Source of the DNA: Obrimoposthia wandeli
Taxonomy: Eukaryota
Direction: 5' to 3'
Length of the DNA: 64,000 nt
Assembly: GCA_977020255.1 (NCBI GenBank)
Contig: CDROCS010006901.1
Location: 124,001-188,000, forward strand
Shown here: piece by piece, positions 10,101-17,377 of the stretch
Position numbering within the stretch: position 1 is the first letter of the stretch
Layout of the letters: each line of letters begins with the position of its first letter
Program-made: the position numbers and the translations under genes
Notes under the pieces: generated by a model
Seen by the model: only the letters and a program-made list of their open reading frames with translations
Database searches by the model: none
Told to the model about the DNA's origin: nothing

Positions 10101-11849
10101 CGGTTGTGACTCTGGGCAGTCTTCGCTGTCAAGCAGTGAATACTTTTGTCCCATCTTTGGTATGCTACAGTCATATGCTATCAATCCTGATGCCTGTTGC
10201 ATTCCCATAAACATTACTAACATCATCATCATCATTGTTGTGGACATATTTGGTGGATTGTTTCTCTCTTTCGGACGGTATTGTTTATTTTCCTTTTGAC
10301 GATTCTCATGACATTGTTCGTCATCGTCTTCATTCATTTCCACAATGATTTTAGCGTAGTCACTTAATTTTGCCCAACCTCCATTTTCGTCAATTCGTCT
10401 CTGTAATACATTCTCTATCAAATACATCGCTTCATTTATTCCTTGTTTGACTTCGTGAGGTTGGCTCGTTCGTTCCGTCAATTGGAAACATAGATATGTG
10501 ATCGCTGTAATTAACTTTTTATTTGTAGTCTGATTTCCGCATAGTCTCGCTAAAACTTCACCGTCATAAAATCTATCTATCGATGCATGGTATACATGAT
10601 TCGCGGTCATTCTCTTTACTGCAGACATCTGTGATCTGACTGCTTTAGTCAAATTGTCTGTTATATCGGTTGTTTCATCTCTGTACATTTTGAACAACTT
10701 CGGCTTCACTTGCCTGAGAATTCCCGTAAGTATATCTTTACTACTTGGAGTTTCCGAATTCATATCACCTCTGATATCTTCATTCCTCTCTGCACTATAC
10801 TGCTCTAATGACGCTGCTAACTGTCCAATACTTAGATGTCTCTCTTCATCAGTTTGTGGTGCTGTTAGAACATTTCGTAATATACTTTCGCCTTTTCTAG
10901 GTCTTCCAGGTCCTCTTCGAAAATACTGATACTCAGTTTGATTCTCTCCTGGATCATACGTTTCACCATTATACTGTATCTCTTGACTTGGTCCTTCTTC
11001 ATGGCCAATCTCTTCACTTTGTCGCATCATTTGCTCTGCTTGTCTATCTTTGTATGCGGCATGCCAAATTGGTGAATCCAAATCTACAATCTCGGAGACT
11101 TCGTCTTCTCCTACTAGTTGGGTTACGGTTTCGTTTTGTCTCACTTGGTTAGCTGTATCCGTGACTTCATCTTGTCTGATTGGAATTATATCTGGTTCTG
11201 GTGGCACCTCGACCACTGGAGTTGTCAACTCATTTTCTAAATTCATGTCTTGTAATTCAGTTACGTACGGTTCTGGTGTGGATGTCTTGTTCCAAGCTTC
11301 AGCTACATCATTATCTCCGCTTTCACTTGAACTGTCTAAAATTTCTATAGGCGTTTTTATCATTTCTAACGCAGAATTCAATATCTCGGTTAATCCTTCA
11401 TTATCTACTAACTCTTGACGTCCTACAGTGATGACATCAATTTTTTCCTCTAATTCATTTCCTATCGGATATCCAAACTCGACTGGTACGTCCTCATCAT
11501 CTAGTGATCTCCCTTTATAATGGAACAACATATTCATTCCATCAATTTCAAGTTTCTCGGCTAACTTTTTCCGAATCGTTTTCATTGTTTGATACACGTT
11601 AAGTTTTTCATGTATTATCTGTCCGGAAATTAATCGAAGTGAAATTTTCATCGTTCCTTTTTGGTTTGATCTCTGTACGTAACGACCATAACCTTTCAAT
11701 AATCCTCGGGTTACTTCTTTGTAACCCAAGTTATCATGACTATGTTTAACCAATTCTGCTCGCACTTCTTCCAATCGGTGCACTTTAATTGTTTGCAATT
11801 TGGCCAAAACTTCTGGAGCTTCACTCGTTTCATCTAACGGTTGATTCAA
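7113..11849 (-). CDS. Multidomain polyprotein: Ub/SUMO-like, AT-hook, Bcl-2-like, signal peptide + chuvirus-like envelope glycoprotein + TM, retropepsin 1, BIR
   Basis: 1578-aa ORF (track start is TTG); RRGPGRPRK; RIDENGGWAKL; LIAYDC..CGH..GSCDG..YFNNKIDF..RDCQL..GEVLYTYKC; AEVDTGS..MIGMDVI; VRCVWCRVKFREWEQNENPMRRHKRDAPNCPFL. Confidence 0.88.
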   Translation of the reverse strand: MNQPLDETSEAPEVLAKLQTIKVHRLEEVRAELVKHSHDNLGYKEVTRGLLKGYGRYVQRSNQKGTMKISLRLISGQIIHEKLNVYQTMKTIRKKLAEKLEIDGMNMLFHYKGRSLDDEDVPVEFGYPIGNELEEKIDVITVGRQELVDNEGLTEILNSALEMIKTPIEILDSSSESGDNDVAEAWNKTSTPEPYVTELQDMNLENELTTPVVEVPPEPDIIPIRQDEVTDTANQVRQNETVTQLVGEDEVSEIVDLDSPIWHAAYKDRQAEQMMRQSEEIGHEEGPSQEIQYNGETYDPGENQTEYQYFRRGPGRPRKGESILRNVLTAPQTDEERHLSIGQLAASLEQYSAERNEDIRGDMNSETPSSKDILTGILRQVKPKLFKMYRDETTDITDNLTKAVRSQMSAVKRMTANHVYHASIDRFYDGEVLARLCGNQTTNKKLITAITYLCFQLTERTSQPHEVKQGINEAMYLIENVLQRRIDENGGWAKLSDYAKIIVEMNEDDDEQCHENRQKENKQYRPKERNNPPNMSTTMMMMMLVMFMGMQQASGLIAYDCSIPKMGQKYSLLDSEDCPESQPSKLEVQGVENYFVYQDVDKAQVEVKECSIHSSYHEFYCGHRSFMSEITPTTPYKAHKVLPRDCEDAFRTGTIEVDKNYKPEVKIGVRRYETVTRVGQRWADGSCDGETKNVRGTKVSELVMDVTYKIELKTWTANFDKKTQLMMKYPECKMTDTSCFTGESTIVYNINPKQCSLVFLKEISFNKIKGFLYNKDGEGFLYNKVGKGLLNETRPIPMTKTPTLLMATSIEEGLIFIKKRNKARCGMTVSTTNYPGIVLSKEAIALAETKLKPKDMQLHTYFNNKIDFYYHKGLMQMEQLYRMMIERDCQLNKEIVRTKLALAITNPDMVAPLLPLDEGVFAKTMGEVLYTYKCNKVEVQLRKTDRCTSELAVTYNLKDLFVEPITRMLLPKDTTTKEISCSNIMAPEYQMTNNLWITLPDRKPTTTPAMIRMTNLKGKMKFQAVENMENAGLYNEKDLKAAWNEIMFPVRRARVLTEMVHRALPPGARYANFDMLLSPSHFKEAAHQTLRKMWGKFLVLGQLFSGIIGIYVIIKFVQVIIAQVLSTYSLYRITGITWQLIIGCFPFLAKYLMHHHHENELRALKKEQHQTRTMMREPRNYRDDNDDDNDSPEVYAKIPGKSKIPLPDKEEVALNLYPMKELKEEKEKFKRGILMIRWPKVSYSEIPQAEEKDKKDNSRRILKSRISNENPNAPPQVAVTLNGREYLAEVDTGSAVSVLSKEILSSKELREVCPRKQTFVNVNGTDVVSEGTLKCSLNIDGRALQLNARIFTDCGSPVMIGMDVIRMFEGIIILPNNKSCKNDSSVREIKMLRGPIVEKEKCTTFRMGGSYPDRKQEALAKSILHYKNVNFGPQDTTRRKITYVNLSERDPMRFERKRRNILEQYYSKGMARKMARSGLEMLNATSSYGQEIVVRCVWCRVKFREWEQNENPMRRHKRDAPNCPFLLKLKTSNVPEIQTGKAPDFDYSDGIPKGESALITGRVITNSRIEDISKLCEK

Positions 11850-11869
11850 CGTCTCCTTAGCTTCACTAA

Positions 11870-13846
11870 TTATCTTTTTACATCTTCCATACTCGTAGCA
11901 TTTCTCGCTGCTTCCACATGATCAGTCATAGGTTGTGCGTTACACGTTTTCTCTATTGGTGTCTCATACGCTTCTAGTATTCTATTCATTAAATCATTCA
12001 TCTCTTCTCTCGAGTGTAGACTTTTCTCTTGTTTCGACAACGTAGATGAATTCGCCATCTTTGTATGTGGTGAATCTTTAATTATTCCCAACATTCGTTC
12101 AAATTTACTATCACTATCTTCAAAATCTATTTCGCGTCGAAGCTCGGTCTCGCGATTCCTATCACTGTCATCGCTTACATAACTAAAATTTCCTTTCGGT
12201 TTCGGCGAACTCTCTCGACTATTTGTCTTGTCGACATTATTATTATTATATCTACCAGAATTATTATATATCTCAGCTCCTTGCTGTCCTACGTAATTAT
12301 TGTATCTCTCAGCTCCTTGCTGTCTGTCTGCATAGTTATTGTATCTACCTGGTGACTGTTGTCTATCTGTATACTGATTATTCAGTCTCCATGGCTGTGG
12401 AGTATATCCACCACCTCTATTCCATGGCGGAGGTGAATTATATCCTCTATAATTATTTCCAAAATTATTATTACCGAAATTATTATTTCCAAATCTGTTA
12501 GCTCCGAACTCTTTACTTCTCGTACAATCTCTCGAATAGTGACCCATTTGTTTACACGTGTAACACATTATTCTCCCTCGAATATCTATCTTATTTTGTT
12601 CATCTTCAAACTGTACTCGACGACTATTCTGTCTATTATCATAGCGTCCTCTAAAATCATTTCTTCGGAAATTCGATTCAAAACCGCTTCCTCGATTATT
12701 GAATCTTCCGTCACTATTTCCTGTATTATTTCCAAATCGAGAGTCACTTCGCTCTCCTCTGTTGGCGTTATAATTCCTATCGTCTCCTCTCCAAGGTTGG
12801 CGATTTCCGGAATTATCTCTATTAAATCTATTCCTGGAATCATCTCTATTTCTATTCCACGAATCATTATTATTTCTACCTCTTGAATCATCTCGATTCC
12901 TGTTCCAAGACTCACTATTATTTCTACCTCTCGAATCATCTCGATTCCTACTTCGGAAATTATCTCTATTTCCGTTACTGGATTCATCTACTTTTTCAAA
13001 CTTATTTTGTCCATAATTTCGATTCTGAAAATTACTCGGTTCTGTTTTATTCACGAAGACCTTTGTCTTATCGTCGTCACCTGCAGTCATTGCGTAAATT
13101 GCCAATGCTGCATTATTTTTTATATTTTTCTCAATCTCTCTCGCCTTTCGTACGGCATTATCAAAATCATTTGTATCCGATACTGCTAATAACACTTTAA
13201 TATCCTTTTTCAATCCTCCTCTAAATATATCTAACAAAACCTCTGCCATTTCATTTTGGTTCCGGTCATTTTCCGCTGCTTGTGCTTCTGGAGCTACAGG
13301 ATTACCGTCCTGATTTCTCATTATTCTTCTTGGGTACGCTCTTGCGGCCAAGGTTCTCAAAACATATGCGTATTCATTCACGCCTTCATCATGTTTCTGT
13401 TTCCGTTCTCTCATGAGTCGCTTATTTACTTTGGCTAAGTCTCCTAATACCAATTTTCCAATAAAAGCATTTTCCAACGTTGGCCAGTCTAAACGTTCTG
13501 CTTCTGTCAAATGTTTATACACTTCAAGTGCTAATCCGGTTAAATGTGCCTGTACTCTGACACATTTTTCTCTATCGTTCCATCCTTGAACATCTGCACA
13601 ACTCGAATATTCTGCGAGAAAGTCACAAATACTTTCCTCATCTCCTTTAAACTTTGTAATCTGCAATGATCCTGAAAAATTGGGTCTCAACGTCGCATTT
13701 AAAGCTTGTGCCAACTGCTCGGCATTCATTTCACCTACATTATTTCCTGCATTAATATCTGCTTGAGCTCCTGGGTGAGCCATATTTTCAGCTATATCCT
13801 CTTCAACTATTCCTTCAATATTATTTACTTGAACTTCTTCAATCAC
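11870..13846 (-). CDS. gag: Gag (retrotransposon capsid domain, R/N/D/G-rich repeats, CCHC zinc knuckle)
   Basis: ITKFKGDEESICDFLAEYSSCADVQGW capsid-like region; CYTCKQMGHYSRDC; track start is GTG, first ATG at 13783. Confidence 0.92.
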   Translation of the reverse strand: MIEEVQVNNIEGIVEEDIAENMAHPGAQADINAGNNVGEMNAEQLAQALNATLRPNFSGSLQITKFKGDEESICDFLAEYSSCADVQGWNDREKCVRVQAHLTGLALEVYKHLTEAERLDWPTLENAFIGKLVLGDLAKVNKRLMRERKQKHDEGVNEYAYVLRTLAARAYPRRIMRNQDGNPVAPEAQAAENDRNQNEMAEVLLDIFRGGLKKDIKVLLAVSDTNDFDNAVRKAREIEKNIKNNAALAIYAMTAGDDDKTKVFVNKTEPSNFQNRNYGQNKFEKVDESSNGNRDNFRSRNRDDSRGRNNSESWNRNRDDSRGRNNNDSWNRNRDDSRNRFNRDNSGNRQPWRGDDRNYNANRGERSDSRFGNNTGNSDGRFNNRGSGFESNFRRNDFRGRYDNRQNSRRVQFEDEQNKIDIRGRIMCYTCKQMGHYSRDCTRSKEFGANRFGNNNFGNNNFGNNYRGYNSPPPWNRGGGYTPQPWRLNNQYTDRQQSPGRYNNYADRQQGAERYNNYVGQQGAEIYNNSGRYNNNNVDKTNSRESSPKPKGNFSYVSDDSDRNRETELRREIDFEDSDSKFERMLGIIKDSPHTKMANSSTLSKQEKSLHSREEMNDLMNRILEAYETPIEKTCNAQPMTDHVEAARNATSMEDVKR

Positions 13847-14424
13847 TACTGGATTGGCAATTTCAATTTCTTCTGGGTTTTGAACTTCAAGATTATCAAT
13901 TTCTTCTGGGTTTATGTCACCAATTAACTCAGTCAGATCAAAACTATCGGTTGAAACTGCTGATTGATTTACGTCTCTTTCTGATACGTTTTCTTCGACT
14001 CTAGTCTTTTCTGTTACTTTGTTATCTGTTTGGGGAACCTGTTCAATTCGGTTAACTTTATTATTATTTGTCTCTTCCTTGGGAATCTGGCTTTGTCTTC
14101 AAGTATTAAACGCGGGTCCTTTTCTATTATCCGTTGTCTTATCAATTATGTATTCGTTTACGATATCAATTTACTTATTATTTTTATCTTATTTCACAAT
14201 TCTTATTTTACGATTTTTTATCTCTTTAATTAGTTCGAGGACAGAGTCTCCCGACTTAACCTATTCAATTAATTACTTCGAGTATCAATCCACTCGATTC
14301 TCACTTTATCAAATTTATTTACGATTTTATCTTTTTAATTAGTTCGAGGACAGAGTCTCCCGACTTAGCTTATTCAATTAATTACTTCGAGTATCAATCC
14401 ACTCTATTCTCACTATCAAATTTA

Positions 14425-15019
14425 CTGACTCGAGGAACAAATCCACTCGACTTCTCAAAACCTATCAAATTCTTAACTTCGAGGAACAAATCTACCCGAT
14501 TTCTCAAAACTTATCAACTTCTTAACTTCGAGGAACAAATCTACCCGATTTCTCAAAAACTTATCAAATTCTTAACTTCGAGGAACAAATCTACTCGATT
14601 TCTCAACACTTATCAAATTCTTAACTTCGAGGAACAAATCTACCCGATTTCTCAAAAACTTATCAAATTCTTAACTTCGAGGAACAAATCTACTCGATTT
14701 CTCAACACTTATCAAATTCTTAACTTCGAGGAACAAATCTACCCGATTTCTCAAAAACTTATCAAATTCTTAACTTCGAGGAACAAATCTACTCGATTTC
14801 TCAACACTTATCAAATTCTTAACTTCGAGGAACAAATCTACCCGATTTCTCAAAAACTTATCAAATTCTTAACTTCGAGGAACAAATCTACTCGATTTCT
14901 CAACACTTATCAAATTCTTAACTTCGAGGAACAAATCTACTCGATTTCTCAACACTTATCAAATTCTTAACTTCGAGGAACAAATCTACCCGATTTCTCA
15001 AAAACTTATCAAATTCTTA
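14425..15019. repeat. 49/50-bp tandem array (~12 copies, mostly alternating A/B variants) in the 5' leader
   Basis: Unit CTTAACTTCGAGGAACAAATCTAC(C/T)CGATTTCTCAA(AA/C)ACTTATCAAATT. Confidence 0.95.
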
Positions 15020-15039
15020 TCTCAATTTACTTATATCTT

Positions 15040-15235
15040 CTTCTGAAACTTATTCTCAATTGTCTATATTCTTCTGCTGAAACTTATTCTTAATTTATCT
15101 GAAACTTATTCTCAATTTATCTGAAACTTATTCTCAATATCTGAAACTTATTCTTAATATCTGAAACTTATCTGAACTTATTCTATTTACCTGAAACTTA
15201 TTCTCAATTTTCCAAAACTTATCTGAACTTATTCT
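15040..15235. repeat. Degenerate ~20-22-bp tandem repeat in the 5' leader
   Basis: Repeated CTGAAACTTATTCT(C)AAT. Confidence 0.85.
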
Positions 15236-15263
15236 ACGTGAATTCGCTGTGTCCGACGAGCTA

Positions 15264-15281
15264 TCCTCACTCGGGGCACCA
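15264..15281 (-). promoter_or_regulatory. Primer-binding site, elongator tRNA-Met type
   Basis: Element strand TGGTGCCCCGAGTGAGGA; plus strand TCCTCACTCGGGGCACCA resembles the 3' end of animal elongator tRNA-Met (..GATCCTCACACGGGGCACCA, recalled from memory). Confidence 0.85.
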
Positions 15282-15346
15282 CTTTAATATGTTGGGGTTT
15301 CTATACGAAACTCGGTATAGATCCTCTTGAGTGCGGAGGGCCCCAA

Positions 15347-15358
15347 CGTGAGTTCGAT
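15347..15358 (-). promoter_or_regulatory. Putative primer activation signal (complement of the tRNA-Met T-arm)
   Basis: Plus strand CGTGAGTTCGAT equals the tRNA-Met segment just 5' of the PBS-paired region; next to the stem GTTGGGG(15291-97)/CCCCAAC(15341-47). Confidence 0.6.
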
Positions 15359-15769
15359 TAGAAGCAGGTCTTAAAGTTGGTCGTGGCCTACTTAGTTTTA
15401 TGGTTGCCTAATCTCTTGTACTATCTGAAGGTATTTGATTTGATGTCTCTTATTCTGAAGGATGCAAAAACAACTTGTTCTAATGTAGGAAATTGTTTAT
15501 TTGTAATTCACGAACTAAAACACAACAATACGTTTATGTACGTATTTTCTAAAAAGTATAGTAAAATTCCTAAGACTTCTGTAAGTCTCTACAACAAGTG
15601 GGGATGAACCACGTATCGATTTTATGTTAAGGGTGATCGAGTTTTTAGAGTCGTTCTTCTAACTCGCGAATAAGCTCAAGTTAAGATTTTCAAATTAATG
15701 TGACTCTTATGTCAAACTCTAACTTTAATTCCCAATTTAACTTTAATGGCAACTTTTATCTTTATACCA

Positions 15770-16436
15770 AAACTATGGCAATTTAGAAAAAACTTCTCTT
15801 CAAACTTTTATGGCAATTTAGACAAAAACTTCTCTTCAAACTTTTATAGCAATTTAGACAAAAACTTCTCTTCAAACTTTTATGTCAATTTAGACAAAAA
15901 CTTCTCTTCAAACTTTTATGGCAATTTAGACAAAAATTTCTCTTCAAACTTTTATGGCAATTTAGACAAAAACTTCTCTTCAAACTTTTATAGCAATTTA
16001 GACAAAAACTTCTCTTCAAACTTTTATGTCAATTTAGACAAAAACTTCTCTTCAAACTTTTATGGCAATTTAGACAAAAACTTCTCTTCAAACTTTTATG
16101 CAATTTAGACAAAAACTTCTCTTCAAACTTTTATGTCAATTTAGACAAAAACTTCTCTTCAAACTTTTATGGCAATTTAGACAAAAACTTCTCTTCAAAC
16201 TTTTATGGCAATTTAGACAAAAACTTCTCTTCAAACTTTTATAGCAATTTAGACAAAAACTTCTCTTCAAACTTTTATGTCAATTTAGACAAAAACTTCT
16301 CTTCAAACTTTTATGGCAATTTAGACAAAACTTCTCTTCAAACTTTTATGGCAATTTAGACAAAAACTTCTCTTCAAACTTTTATGGCAATTTAGACAAA
16401 AACTTCTCTTCAAACTTTTATGGCAATTTAGACAAA
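15770..16436. repeat. 36-bp tandem array (~18 copies) inside the LTR
   Basis: Unit AACTTTTAT(GG/AG/GT)CAATTTAGACAAAAACTTCTCTTCA. Confidence 0.95.
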
Positions 16437-16489
16437 TTCTAATGTCAAACTTTATGACAATTTTAGGACAATTTAGACAATTTTATTAA

Positions 16490-16768
16490 TCAAACTTTAT
16501 GATAACTTTAGGACAATTGAGACAAATTTTAGTAATCAAACTTTATGATAACTTTAGGACAATTGAGACAAATTTTAGTAATCAAACTTTATGATAACTT
16601 TAGGACAATTGAGACAAATTTTAGTAATCCAACTTTATGATAACTTTAGGACAATGGAGACAAATTTTAGTAATCAAACTTTATGATAACTTTAGGACAA
16701 TTGAGACAAATTTTAGTAATCAAACTTTATGATAACTTTAGGACAATTGAGACAAATTTGAGTAATCT
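16490..16768. repeat. 46-bp tandem array (~6 copies) inside the LTR
   Basis: Unit CAAACTTTATGATAACTTTAGGACAATTGAGACAAATTTTAGTAAT. Confidence 0.95.
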
Positions 16769-17369
16769 CTCTTACGTTTTTTGTCTCGAGGTTGAGGTAT
16801 CCTGAAGCGTTCCGGAATATACTGAGATCGAACACAAAAACCGATCGGCTGACTGAATTGGAATTTCCGAATGAAAATTCGCTGATATAGTGCTGACTGG
16901 AACAACGATTGAACTGGTTTACAAGCTCTGCTCCGTGATAGATCGAGATTTGTATGTCGCTGTTACGACGTTGCCCAAATCCGTGATAGATTGATCTTTA
17001 AGTCTTGTGTTGTATTGTCGCGCTTCGTCTATTCCGTCTTCTGTCTGGTCTCAGGAGTATTGATTGAGTGCGGTATTGATTTCTTATTTTTTCTGGGACT
17101 GTGTTTTGATTTACACTTTGTTGCTTTATATCTTTTCTAAGACTGAATTTTTCTCCAATTCAATTTCGCACTCTCTGCTAATTTCGAGGCTTATTTCTCT
17201 TTTCTAATCTGCCAAAGTGCTTTACCTGGAGAAATAGGTTAACTGCACTTAACTAAAAATTGCTCACCTCTGGACGATTAACACCTGCTTTTCCTCCAAT
17301 TCAACTTTTCTCTATCAGAGCCTCCGAGACTTGTTTCTCTCGTTTTTTGTTTTGTAGGAAGTGCTGTGA

Positions 17370-17377
17370 CTTATATA
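17370..17377 (-). promoter_or_regulatory. Candidate LTR TATA box
   Basis: Element strand TATATAAG ~390 bp into U3; TATAAAG at ~17124-17130 is an alternative. Confidence 0.3.

Noticed and set aside
551-13927. Many plus-strand short ORFs over the retroelement and the 133-aa minus ORF 12586-12987
   Set aside because: Antisense or alternate-frame shadows of the long coding regions and of Gag repeats
15746-16108. 120-aa ORF with NFYGNLDKNFSS repeats
   Set aside because: Translation of the 36-bp LTR tandem array; the frame breaks at a 1-nt deletion in the array
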